Origin: Paraphysomonas bandaiensis
Lineage: Eukaryota; Protista; Chrysophyceae
NCBI GenBank assembly: GCA_965644295.1
Contig: CBFFRP010000377.1
Coordinates: 124,001 to 188,000 of the forward strand
DNA length: 64,000 nucleotides
Direction of reading: 5' to 3'
Part shown: positions 1 to 13,827 of the stretch, in pieces
Numbering within the stretch: the first letter of the stretch is position 1
How the letters are laid out: each line of letters starts with the position of its first letter
Program-made: the position numbers and the translations under genes
Notes under the pieces: generated by a model
What the model was told of the DNA's origin: nothing
Database searches by the model: none
The model's input: the letters and a program-made list of their open reading frames with translations, nothing else

Positions 1-1530
1 CTTTCTCAAGATTCTTCTTGTTCGTTCTTTGTGCAGAGAACTTGTCTACCATGTCATCAAGAGAACTCATACCAGTGATCTGGGATATGAGTTAATTTTC
101 AGAAAATACAAGTCTCGTTTCGAAAACACCTGCTTAATTTTGGTGAAAGCATCGTCCATTAAGGACACCTTTCGTTGACTCTCTTCATTCGCCTTTTGCA
201 GTCGCTTCGTTTTCTCTTCCTTTTCTTTTAGCTGAAGTATGGATTAAACTTTCAAGCCTTCGCGCATATATAAACCAACCTGTGTTCGCAACAGAAGCTC
301 TTCTTCCTTCGTGAGATCGCCACGAAGCTCCGTAGCAAGAGCCATTTTGACAACAGCCCTTTCCTTCATCCAACGCTTAAGCCTGCACCAGAGAGAGGAC
401 AGGTCACAGGGCTGCAAAAAGCAGGATAATAGTCATATGTACAAACCTATGAGCGTTTCGTAGCTCCGCCTTACGAACAGCAAGAGTTCTATTTCTCTCG
501 TGCCGGAGAATCCGTACCCGCTCAGCGCATTCCTCATATACAAGCTCAGCCCTGGCAAGACCAGAGTCAAGTCCCCTTCGCATTAGGCGGCACTACAGGG
601 AGAAAAACTCAGGTACTGTAATAGTCATAATTCAACTTTGTACCTCCTCCCATTCCTTTTTCACTGCGCGGTACGTATCTTCCATACCATTCATGTGTGC
701 GTCAAACTTGATCTGAAACATATGTTACTACTACTGACACATACCGACACAAAAACCTACTTGGTTACGCTTCAAACGAGCGAGCATATGTTCCAACTGA
801 CGGCGGTAGTGTTGAGATCGTAAAATATCATTCTCAACTTCCTCAATTTCCTAAATTGCCAGTACAAGTAAGAATACAATGTCATAAAACATACTCAAAA
901 GAAAAAAATACTCACCACTTTTAATGCATCGATTCTGCGTGCCTCGTGGGTGTCTCTCGTTTTCATTTTATCCATACCGTCATGCTCTAGCTTTAAAGTG
1001 TCAAGTTCATCTAATTTTGATTTAAGTTCTGATGCTTTTCTATCGCACAGCACCCGAAGATCGTTATAACGTCGAGCGGCATTATTTACCCCATCTTCAA
1101 CAATAGATAGTTGCTGCCGCACATCGGCGTCGTCGATCGCAATCTGTAACCACAATATTAAAACTGTCAGATAAATTACGAAGCCAGCAACCGTTTTTAA
1201 ATTCCCAGTAATGTCATGAAATAGAGCAGGTGATAAAGATACAGACGCTGGAGCAACTTTTCTCACTGCTTCGATCAAGTCTCTCTTGTGCTGAATGGTT
1301 TTCACCTTCGAAATCATCTGGTTGCCTTTGGTGGATAGATTTGCATCTATAATAGACAGACATATCGCACGTCATCACACAGCATAACATGGAGCTCATG
1401 AGCGACTATCGTTACCTTCTAGAGGGGCGAGCTTCTTCGGCTTCTTTGTTGCTTTCTTTTTCGTGTGCAATTTGCCTGTTGGTAGACCGGCATTGCTCGA
1501 TGATGCCCCTGATGATACGGAATCATCCAT
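1..1530 (-). CDS. Multi-exon coiled-coil protein, similar to outer dynein arm docking complex subunits (CCDC151/CCDC114-like); 3' end runs off the window
   Basis: ATG at 1530 (MDDSVSSGASS). Several short GT-AG introns join heptad-rich exons. The segment DDAFTKIK|QITGMSSLDDMVDKFSAQ resembles the AF.KIK..TG......V.KF motif of ODA-DC proteins. Confidence 0.5.
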
Positions 1531-2053
1531 ATCTCCTCACCTTATCTACACGGCTGATATAATGGGAGGGAGGGTGTTGATAACTATTCAATCCTGTTGA
1601 GTAGACGATCACTATGGCTCATTACAAATGCATCCCAGTACAGGCAGATCTGTGTACCGGGCCCCTGTAATAACAATGAAGCTGAGCGATGTAACTAACA
1701 CTCAGCTCAGTCGTGTGCGTGCTGTGCGGTATACATATAGACAGCGCCATCTACGTACAGGACCTACACATACACATACATACATACACATACATACATA
1801 CACATTCATACACACCCCAACATGAAACTGCTGTAGTGCGTGCTGCTCGTGATGTCTTAATACATGCTGCTGTACTCGCGGAATACATACAACGCAGTCC
1901 GTATACCGTATACCGGTATACAGGCAGCTGCTGTGGATACATACATACATGTACCCACATAGCAGCAGCAGACACGCATGTCATCATGGAGCACACAGAG
2001 GGACCGGGACCACAACACACCCACTTGGAGTGCACTGCTGAGCGATAGCAGAA

Positions 2054-3989
2054 ATGGAGTTTGAGAGTAACAGTTTTGTAGTTGGTATGCGTGTGGAGGA
2101 TGGCGATGGCTTCAAAGGGACCGTGCGGTACATAGGGCCTGTGGCCACAGCTAAGAGTGCCGGCGACTGGCTCGGCATAGAGTGGGACGTTTCTTCACGA
2201 GGAAAGCATGATGGATCGTGCACTGATTCCAACAATGTTGTTCATCAGTACTTCACATGTGCTCAGGGTGCCGGCTCGTTCGTCAAGCCCTCGAAAGTGC
2301 ACCGTGGAAAGACATTCGTTGAAGCTCTGCATGAGAAGTACGTATCGATGGATGCCCCTCAAGTAGCCCCAGATGATATACTTCCTGATGCCTACGTTGT
2401 AACTGCGAAAGGTGCTTTAAAGAGTATCGAATTCGTTGGCGAGAAAAAGATTCGGTAAGAAGTTCTAATGGCGATTTTTCTTTTCTGATTACAGTTAATA
2501 TTATGTAGCAAACGGCAGCAGCTGGATGAAGTCACAAAAGTTGCGCTTCGGGTCAGTTGCTCATATATTTAAATCTGTATTTGATAAAGTATGAAACTCT
2601 CTTTACACAGAATTGTGGTGTTAGTACTTGTGGCGATGGTGTAGCGGAAGTGGCAGGGCATTTTATCGAGGTGGACCTCCAGGACAACCTCTTATCAAAC
2701 TGGGATGAGGTAGCTACTCTATGCTCACATATACCAGGATTGAAGAGCCTTCAACTTCATGGCAATAAAATCAAGAATGTGCCCCCAGACTGGCCGGATT
2801 CTCCTAATTTTCCGAGGTATTTTGGAGATTGTCGTGTGCATGTAATTGACAACTTGGGTGCGCAGGAGTTGCTTCGACCGCCTCACTACGCTGGCTCTTA
2901 ATTTCTGCGGCATTACTTCTTTTGCTACCGTAGCCTGTTTGGAGAGAGTGCTTCCGTCTATTGAGGAACTGTATGTAGCAGCTAATGACCTGTCCGATCT
3001 CACTCCTCTGAGTAAGATGCGCCATATTTTTGTTCTGATCTGATAACAACGCGCAGGCCCAACGCAATTTCCCCGACTAAGAGTCTTTGATCTGTCGTCT
3101 TGCGGTTTGACTTCATGGAGCAGTGTGTGTGAGTGTTTGGGGAAACTTGCGTCCTTGCAAGAACTGATACTTGACAGCAACCCAATCACCGAGTTATTGC
3201 CCCGCCAGGAGGGACAATTCGATTCCCTTACCCGTCTTTCTCTCACAGCAACTAGGTTTCGTTATCTCTGTACTCTGTACACTCTCACATTAACCTTATT
3301 TCTCGTTCAGATTGACATCATGGGTGGATGTTGACGCTTTAGAGACATATCCCAACCTTTCTGCACTTCGACTCACACATGTTCCGCTTTTTTCTGGACG
3401 GGGTGCTTCCGAAGTACGCCCGGAGGTAATTGCGCGCCTGTCCAGGCTGCATATCTTCAATGCTTCCCTTATCAGCCATCGAGAGCGCACAGATGCTGAA
3501 AAAACCTATCTCCGGAAAGCTTTGAGGCATGAGTCTGCACTTGCTGCAGGGGAGACGGTAGAAATAGACCCCGTACGGCTTCGTGTAGAGTTGCGAGCAG
3601 CGGGTCCTCTAATGCAGCACATACATCCACGATTTGCTGCATTGAATGATAAATACGGGGCTGAACTTTTACCCCTAGGGGTGGGTGGGGAAAGTGGCAT
3701 TCAGAGCATGGCTGCAGATATGATCTCTCTGACACTGCAGAATATGGCCTTCACCTCTGGAGGGTCTCTAGAGCCGCTGCAGAAGAAACTTCCTGCAACG
3801 TTAACAATAGGAAAGTTACGCCTCATTGTTAAACAGCTTTTTGGTGTAGAGCCGCACTTACAGAGCCTTGCGATTAGACAGTATAAAGACTCCGTGCCTA
3901 CCCTGATGGATGAGGACGAAGCGACCATTAGGTATTACGGGGCAATTGACGGATCATACATCTATGTAAACGAATGTGATGAAGTATAA
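2054..3989 (+). CDS. TBCE: Tubulin-specific chaperone E (CAP-Gly + LRR + ubiquitin-like), 6 exons
   Basis: N-terminal CAP-Gly (GTVRYIG..WLGIEWD..RGKHDGS), LRRs (VDLQDNLL, LQLHGNKI, LILDSNPI), then ERTDAEKTYL and a C-terminal UBL. Introns of about 45-60 bp keep the frame. Confidence 0.93.
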
Positions 3990-4411
3990 ATCAGGGCTAA
4001 ATGGGTACTTGTAGTATTAAGTAGGACTCGCAGTTATAAATTTTAAAATATATGTTGGATGAAGAGCTGATTGAAGCTTATGTGGGAGTGTGCTGTGCAA
4101 GCGGTTGAACCCATAGTAGTATTTATGGTCATTTAGATACATGTCAGCTAATTATATTACATGGCGCCTAGTATGATTATGTGAGCTTTAGAGCAATAGC
4201 CACACTGGGAGTGACTATCAGGGTTGTATTCTGTACTCTAAAATATTTAGGTTTTATAATGTTGAATTACAATAATGATGAATTACAAATAACTACTCAG
4301 AAATTTCCACTGATATCTGCCCCTGAGTAGTAGTAGATAATATGTAGATATGCTAATAATCAGCAATTAGTGCTTTGCATTTAGAGTTAGTTGCCTTCAT
4401 ACTGCATACAT

Positions 4412-5201
4412 CGTCCTTGCAAGAACTGATACTTGACAGCAACCCAATCACCGAGTTATTGCCCCGCCAGGAGGGACAATTCGATTCCCTTACCCGTCTT
4501 TCTCTCACAGCAACTAGGTTTCGTTATCTCTGTACTCTGTACACTCTCACATTAACCTTATTTCTCGTTCAGATTGACATCATGGGTAGATGTTGACGCT
4601 TTAGAGACATATCCCAACCTTTCTGCACTTCGACTCACACATGTTCCGCTTTTTTCTGGACGGGGTGCTTCCGAAGTACGCCCGGAGGTAATTGCGCGCC
4701 TGTCCAGGCTGCATATCTTCAATGCTTCCCTTATCAGCCAACGAGAGCGCACAGATGCTGAAAAAACCTATCTCCGGAAAGCTTTGAGGCATGAGTCTGC
4801 ACTTGCTGCAGGGGAGACGGTAGAAATAGACCCCGTACGGCTTCGTGTAGAGTTGCGAGCAGCGGGTCCTCTAATGCAGCACATACATCCACGATTTGCT
4901 GCATTGAATGATAAATACGGGGCTGAACTTTTACCCCTAGGGGTGGGTGGGGAAAGTGGCATTCAGAGCATGGCTGCAGATATGATCTCTCTGACACTGC
5001 AGAATATGGCCTTCACCTCTGGAGGGTCTCTAGAGCCGCTGCAGAAGAAACTTCCTGCAACGTTAACAATAGGAAAGTTACGCCTCATTGTTAAACAGCT
5101 TTTTGGTGTAGAGCCGCACTTACAGAGCCTTGCGATTAGACAGTATAAACACTCCGTGCCTACCCTGATGGATGAGGACGAAGCGACCATTAGGTATTAC
5201 G
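4412..5201 (+). pseudogene. Partial tandem duplicate of the TBCE 3' part (copy of ~3150-3940, including the last intron)
   Basis: Near-identical to 3150-3940 (3 substitutions seen). It lacks the N-terminus and the last ~15 codons. Confidence 0.85.
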
Positions 5202-5527
5202 GTATATAACTACTTTTTATCATTATCATCTGCACATTATTGTAGATTGTTTTGTGCTACCACAATTGATGTCATCATGGTTATGAAAATTGGCTCTAAA
5301 GAAATATAGTTTAGCAATAATATTATTTCCTTGAATACAAATCAGTAGACCAGACTACTCATAGTTAAAATATTAAACGTCCCTACAATTTCAACTGTAA
5401 ATACGTAAATACCGCATCATCATTTTTCTGTGCTCACTGCACATATCATGGCGTAAACATTCAACACACAGAACACATTTTTCTATCACTTAAGAATACA
5501 AACTTACTAATACGATGTCAGACAACA

Positions 5528-6808
5528 TCACTCACGTGGAAAATTCCAAGTGGTCATTTGCGTTTCTTCATTATAGTAATAGGACTCACCATCATTATCT
5601 TTGCACTCAACCCATCCTGGAGGTAGTGTGTGCTTCGTCTCCATGCCACCCCGATCCTGATTCCGAGAAGGAATAACTGTCTTACACTTTCCCTTGCTCT
5701 TCAATTGGTTCTTCAGCTTTTGGCCCTTCCTACGATTATCTCTTCGTTTTAAGTTCGGTTTGAATATACTAGACTTCCTCTTCCGTCGTTTAATGGGAAG
5801 GTCAACAACATCCCCCAGCTTTACATCCTCAGTATTATTCGTTCGTAGAGGTGAAGAGTCGTGCCAAGTTTTCTTAGTGTCAAGGCAAGAGGATGCTTGT
5901 TCGTTTACGTCATCGAACTCCCCTGATTGCGCCTTTGGCCCACCAAGTATCTTCTTTTTCAAAGCATTGTGAGTGCTCTTCCCCTTCGAATTAATACCCT
6001 TGTCAATCAAACGGAAAAATCGTAGCATACTTGTTGTTCGTTTCGCCCTCCCTTTCTTAGCAGATAAGGCATTAGCATCTAAGTTTCTGCGTGCTTCTAT
6101 TTTTTTTCGATACAATTCTTTCATATGGGTATGTGTTATCCGTGAAACAGTCTTTTTTAACTGCCATATATACTTTATATCTCCAAACTCACAATGTTCG
6201 TAACGTCTGTTGGAAAGAGATAACCAATATCTTTCAGATATTATATTTTGTCGCAACTTTTTCTGAAGGAGAAGCACAGGCTCTAAAAGTGACATGTGAG
6301 TTCTGCTCCAATGATCAAAATTTTCTAATGAAAAGGATTCCTTCGAACTCTTGAGCTTATCAATAACATGTCCGACTGCTTTAGACTTGATGTGCGTATT
6401 GTTATGAATGACATATATCATGTTCAATACTTCCTCTGAGTCTAACTGACCCGTTTCGTCAGTATCAAACAAAAGGAACGCAAAGCTTCCAATTTGTGAA
6501 TGATCTATAGTCAAAAAATTCCACATCGCCACAACAAACTCCAAGAAGTTCAAGTGACCACACTGGCTATCGTCACAAAAGTTAAATACAGCATCGTTGA
6601 ACTTCGTGGACTCGATGCGGAAGTAGGCTAAGAACTCATCGTATCGTATGGCATTGCGACCATCCGCATCGATATCAGTGAAGGCCGTAAACAGCGTGTC
6701 GAGATCACACTTCGTTAGAAACAGAGAGTGCATAAGCTCTAAGGCTTCTTGGTTGCGTCCCAGTATCATGGGGTCCACTGTGAACTCCTTTGAGGTCGAG
6801 CACCCCAT
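5528..6808 (-). CDS. N-acylated EF-hand (calcineurin-B/NCS-like) protein with a C-terminal WW domain
   Basis: Starts MGCSTSK. EF loops DIDADGRNAIRYDEF and DTDETGQLDSEE. C-terminal LPPGWVECKDNDGESYYYNEETQMTTWNFP is a WW domain. Confidence 0.8.
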   Translation of the reverse strand: MGCSTSKEFTVDPMILGRNQEALELMHSLFLTKCDLDTLFTAFTDIDADGRNAIRYDEFLAYFRIESTKFNDAVFNFCDDSQCGHLNFLEFVVAMWNFLTIDHSQIGSFAFLLFDTDETGQLDSEEVLNMIYVIHNNTHIKSKAVGHVIDKLKSSKESFSLENFDHWSRTHMSLLEPVLLLQKKLRQNIISERYWLSLSNRRYEHCEFGDIKYIWQLKKTVSRITHTHMKELYRKKIEARRNLDANALSAKKGRAKRTTSMLRFFRLIDKGINSKGKSTHNALKKKILGGPKAQSGEFDDVNEQASSCLDTKKTWHDSSPLRTNNTEDVKLGDVVDLPIKRRKRKSSIFKPNLKRRDNRRKGQKLKNQLKSKGKCKTVIPSRNQDRGGMETKHTLPPGWVECKDNDGESYYYNEETQMTTWNFPRE

Positions 6809-7049
6809 ACCTGTATCCCTATGCAGCAGCACCTGTATAACTATCTACGTGTTTACACTGCACACATGAGACACCCCCACGCCGACCACTCTCATCAGAT
6901 GAAGGCACTTAGATAGATATCATACGAGTGGTGAGACTGAGAGAAGATATGCTATGAGGGCTCTGTTCTGTTGGATAGACAAGTACAGCACACTCTATGC
7001 CAGTACATACAGTCCTGTACATATATGTAACCTCTACTCGTTCCTGCTC

Positions 7050-7318
7050 ATGTATGTATGTATGTATGTATGTATGTATGTATGTATGTATGTATGTATG
7101 TATGTATGTATGTATGTATGTATGTATGTATGTATGTATGTATGTATGTATGTATGTATGTATGTATGTATGTATGTATGTATGTATGTATGTATGTATG
7201 TATGTATGTATGTATGTATGTATGTATGTATGTATGTATGTATGTATGTATGTATGTATGTATGTATGTATGTATGTATGTATGTATGTATGTATGTATG
7301 TATGTATGTATGTATGTA
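7050..7318. repeat. (ATGT)n microsatellite, ~270 bp, in a divergent promoter
   Basis: Pure tetranucleotide array read directly. Confidence 0.98.
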
Positions 7319-7371
7319 CATGTAGGTTAGAAGGTTATGTGTGTGTGTTTGAGCATACCACTACGAGGAGG

Positions 7372-8598
<1,227 letters not shown>

Positions 8599-8884
8599 GA
8601 GATAAATAGTGTGTAGATTGAGGATACAGTAATACATTAGTATCAACATCGGTTGTTTTGTTATTCGTTTTCTCTGTTCGCAGGAGTCGCATCTAGCTAG
8701 CCTCATCATCTTATTAACATAATTCTTACATTCTCACTATGGTGTGTAGAATATACACTAACACGCAGAGCTCCTAAGAATGTCACTTGATAAGTGGGAA
8801 TCACATTCGAAACGTAAATATACTAGTCATCACTTCAGAAACCATTGCACCCCACCTCGAGATCTATATACTTTCGTTACGAAA

Positions 8885-9085
8885 GTAGTTAGACGTCTAC
8901 TTGTAATTAATCAGTACACACTTTTTTTATCCTACTATTTAACGCTACGGAAGCTGCTTGTGCGTCGCCACAAGCACCAAGAAGGTGCGACCACCCCGGA
9001 TGCTTGACATCAGCAGACAACCCAATACCCTGGTTACCCTTCAGGTGGGTCTGCCTGTTTATTCGTCAAGGCCCAAAGAGTCTAT
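8885..9085 (-). mobile_element. Family-1 dispersed element, internally deleted/truncated copy A
   Basis: Shares ctatttaacgctacggaagctgcttgtgcgtcgcc..caccaagg and cccggatgcttgac..cagcag..gttacccttcaggtggg with the other copies. Confidence 0.8.
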
Positions 9086-9495
9086 TAAAACCAATTAATT
9101 TAATTGGCAATCCAATTAATTGTTACGCAAGCCCGCTTTCGTATAAACGCCGCAAGGAGTACACCAACACAATGTCATTTGAAATTTGAAATAGCATTGA
9201 ATATAAATAGCAAATGTGTTCTTCTGGTGTACCGTAACTTGTATAATAGCAAAGTGTTCATTTGAAATGTCCGCCTGCTACGGGCAGCAATTGATTTCAT
9301 TACATCGTGCGCGACATCGTGATGGAAATACACAACAATTTATAACAGATGTCACATAAGTAGCTCATTGAAAGCGGTCATGTCTGTCACATCATTAAGT
9401 TTGATGACTACAACACTGATGTCAGTAAAAAACAAAGATTTTCGATTGCACTACTTAGTCGTCCTAACAAATACTCAGGTAAGGTTTTACGTCGA

Positions 9496-12400
9496 CTACT
9501 CAAGCAACTCATCTAGCCATTCAGTACCTGAAACTACAGCACTTGTCCACTTTGAGACGATATCATTCGACACGCCAGACGCTACATTCGACTCCATAGC
9601 ATCTACGGCAAAATTCCTCAAAGGGGAATCACCTGTGAGAGATAAACCCTCGAAGACATCGTGTGCCTTGAGAGCACGCAGTCCATCAGCTCCAACACCC
9701 AGCCTTGAAGTCGGAGATGGAACGACCAACTTCTTAATTAAATCCGCAATGCCATCAGGTACAGAGGAGTCAATGGTAAGCCCAGGATTTCCAGGAGAGC
9801 CAAGTGACGTTATACTCGAAAATATGGCAACCTCATTTGATGTGGAGGCCGAAAATGGATTTTCATGTGTTGCCAGCTCATACAACAGTACCCCTAATGC
9901 CCAGAAATCTACGGCTTCGTTATGACCTTGTTGTGATATTTGCTCCGGAGACAAGTAATCAGGAACACCGCAAATTGTAAATGTACGGCCACCAACACCT
10001 CCAATTTTACTGATAACATAATCCAGCAGAACTACCTTTCCATTTATATCCAAGTGTACAGCCTCCGGCTGCACAGAGCGGTATACGATTCCCAATGAAT
10101 GGATCGCCTCGAGTGCATTCACAATCCCTCCAGCAATATATGGAACCATCGAAATATTCCAGTCCTCAGAATTTGAAAGAGATGCTAAATCTGCGACCAC
10201 CGGACGATCGAGAAGCATATGAAAAGCATTCTTGTCACGATAGGCTGCCAAGAGCTTTGGGACAAAGGTTGATACCTTCGAACCAGATGCCGATTCAATA
10301 ATCCTGATAGCCTCATAGGCGTTCATGACGTCATGCTTCAAAAGCACAGGCTCTTTGGCATCCAGTAAGGATGATTTTACGCAAACATTAGGATTGCGAG
10401 AATTATATGTCGCAAGGGCCACCGAGCCAAATTTATCCATCGAAACAACACCATTCAATGTTACTCCACTGAAATCTCTAGGCGCTTTATTCATTCTATC
10501 CGCTGTACTCTTCTCTTTGTTCTGGCGATCTGCGTCAATAATAGCTGACAATTGCCCAAGAACCTCTTCAAATCCGCTCTTGCCAACCTACACAGCTCAA
10601 TCATAATAATACTGTATCAACATAACACTGTACATACCTGTAGTACTTCAACATCAGAAACAGCAATGACACTAGCTGCTCTCGGCTCTGCATTAAGCAA
10701 GGCTCTTTCACCAAAATAGTCGTTTACTCCTAACCTGGCAACTTCCTTCCCTTCGGGATTGTCGGAAGAAGAAATCAACACCTTGCATTCTCCCTTTACT
10801 ATTACGTAAAAGATCTCCCCTTCTTCTCCCTGTCGGATAATGTGGTCGCCTGCATGAAACTTTTCCTCTGACATCAGATCCACAAGTCGTTGCAACTGTA
10901 CAAGGTTGAGGCATTTCAGAAGCTCAACACGACGAAGAGAGCGAATGATATTACGACGCATGTCCTGGGTTCGCAAAACAGCATGAGTGAATATTCTTCG
11001 ATCAAGTGACCACAGCATTCCGTCCGTATTAGCAATTACTGAGGCAGCACGAGGTTTGCCGTACCTGAATGGACAAATATTCATAATTACAAGTCATCAG
11101 TCAGGTAGCACGTACATGAGAGAGAGCTCCCCAAAGCAAGGGTGCTGATTGTGTCCAGATTCGTATATGTGAACAACAGTCCCCCCCTCTTTATCATTGG
11201 CACCTCCTGTCTTCACTCGCACTTCATAGGTTCCACTATCTACAATGTATAGACAGTCACCCTGATCCCCCTGTGTAATGACCCACTGTCCACGTTTCAC
11301 TGGAACGCGCTTGACAACATCCACTAACGCACTGCGCTGATTTTCACTTAGATGATGAAAAAGAAAGTTGTCACTTATAGCAAGCAAAAGGCGCGATTTC
11401 TCGTCTTCTGTTTTTGGAATGCGATGTGCGTGCATAAGAGACTCAATGTCGCGCGAATCAGAGCCGTTCTCACCACAAGTGTCGTGTTGAGCAGCCTGTA
11501 TCATTACCTTTCGCTTCTCGCGAGAAATGACACGTCTGACTGGACGATTTGTAACCTCCTCTGACAATTCGATATCTCCCACAGATGCCCCTGATACTTT
11601 CGTTGACAACTTCATCGACTCGTTGCCTTCAATGTACAGGGCAATAATGGTGATGTCATCGGTGCGCACCTCATACTGAAGCCACAATTCGTACGCCTGT
11701 GCCACAATGGCTCTGCATGCTTCCAACGGGTCTGGACGCACAGCAACCATATCTGCAACCATCTGGTTTGTCAAAAACTCAAATACCCCATCTGACGCTA
11801 TTACAACAAAGCGGTCATTGGGCTGGATCTCCCTAAAACAGAATCAGAACTGGTCGACACTACGTAAAAATGGTTGTCAACCTCTCTAGGATCTCTGGCT
11901 CAGCGGTAACACCCAACTCCTCGGCGTACATGTCACCAAAAGAGCGGGTGAATGCAGTACCTGGATATGCCCCGTGAGGGGACCAGATACGTGGGGGATC
12001 CCCTCCTTCATCCAGTTCTTCTCCTAGGTTTATATCTCCCCAATTCTCGTGCACAGGTTCTATACCTTCAATTTGGTCCATAGAGAGTACTCGCGCTCCG
12101 TACCTGCGTTACACCACACATGATATGTGAGAATAATGTAAGCAACCAAACACAGACACGCACTTCTTCACTCTTTCTCGTTCATCCTTTCTGTATGGTG
12201 TCTGGTCTGATGAAAGGGGTTTCGCCTTTAGTTTTCCGTCCTCGGAAGAGACAATAATGCACCGGGAGTCACCAACATTGCTAACGAGCATTTTCGACCC
12301 AAGAAAAAGCACAGATATCGAGGTTGTCCCAGAGAGAGAGTCATCCACTCGACGGTCATCATGCAACTGTAGATATCTATGTAAAAGGCCATCAAGTAAT

Positions 12401-13011
12401 GCGCTGAGTCGGTGTTACCTTTTGATTGGTAGCAACATGAACGGTATGCAAAGTATCCCTGATATTTTCATTAGATAAAGCCTCCTGGGAGCAGAGTGCA
12501 TCTTTAATCGCCATCGGTAGCTACATCATTTATTATAGACGAATAACACATATAAAAATGAAGACCTTATCCCGGACGTACTGGGCACAGAGATGGCCCT
12601 CTTTACCATGACCATCATACACAGCAAAGAATGAGGCATCCTTTACGCCCTCTAGCTGAGGAATAATGGTATAGCAGTCCTGGTTTTCTTTGAAAGGAGC
12701 TATGACATAATATTCAAGAATGTGGGCAGACTTAAGTGAATGCACATACCGTCCGGATAATAACCCCTCTGACTAACCCATGCATACCTGATGCGGGCCT
12801 GTCCGAACTTCATTGTCTCCGCATGATCCGGGCACTCGATTCTACTTTGTATTTCCTTATCTGTTAAAGGTGATTTGAAGGATCGACGTCTCCCCCCAGC
12901 TGATGCTGCTGATGTCGCAGAGTCACGCGGCTTATCAACTGTGGAATTAATACAACCCACTGAACAAACAAAATATGAGAACAATGCGACGCATGTGCAC
13001 GCACTCTTACT
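9496..13011 (-). CDS. PP2C phosphatase + two cyclic-nucleotide-binding domains + degenerate kinase domain (similar architecture to Arabidopsis At2g20050)
   Basis: PP2C motifs (SQRGYYPD, NQD, VYDGHG, SNVGDSR, FTRSFGD, ASDGVFEF, TDDITII), two cNMP domains (FGELSL..KPRAASV, FGERALLNAEPRAASV) and a kinase-like C-terminus (TICGVPDYLSPE, DFWALG). The start codon is split A|TG by intron 12960-13010. Confidence 0.9.
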
Positions 13012-13827
13012 CCTTCAGTAATGACAGTGTGCTGTACAGTGAATAGACCGGTCGAGCAGACGTGTGTATATATATGTGCTGCTGTTCAAACTAATGGTCC
13101 AGCTACAGATAGTTCCGCCAATACAATCAAACGCAGTTACGCTGAGATACTGGTGTGTGTATAGCACAGAGTGAAGCTCTCTGTCTTTATGTGTGCCTCT
13201 GTCTGTCTCTGCGAACTGATTTGAGCAATGAATCCCTATCTATCTGCACACACTGTATGCAGGTAGATGTAGGTATACCTACAGCATATATAGTAGATAG
13301 TAGGCCTACAGGCTACAGGAGTACGAGTCACAACACTGTACTCTACTGTACTACGTCGTACTATACATATCCTTGATATGATACGCTATCTATACAGCAC
13401 GTTGTTGTGTGGAGTTGCATTGTATTCTGTGCATACGCCTGTATTGTTTGACTGTATTTGCAAAGAACTAACTTCATAACTGGGCGCATGTGTACAGCAG
13501 GACACCGCAAACTCCACTGTAGCAGTACACGGTGCAGGTGTACGTGTTCAAGTGTACACCATCGTATGCTCTGCATATGGAACCAGATGCTGCATATGAC
13601 TATCTCGCTGATGATTTGAGGCACGGAGCCGAGCATATGCAACAGCGCATTATGAATCCTCAATACTCCGTTCAATCTCGCTCGGTATCAGCTCTCACTA
13701 TTGCATCATAGACTGATTGCAGTGTTCTGTGAGCGGAACACAGGCCGAGTAAGTGAACTGCAGACTGCATTGGGTTATTATTGTCTGGTCTGTGTATGTG
13801 GTGCACATAACAGTGAAGGGGTGCATT

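Noticed and set aside
6954-7330. MYVC/YIHT repeat ORFs over the TACA arrays (also at ~31100, 43450, 53780, 60350, 60950)
   Set aside because: These are artefacts of a stop-free tetranucleotide repeat.
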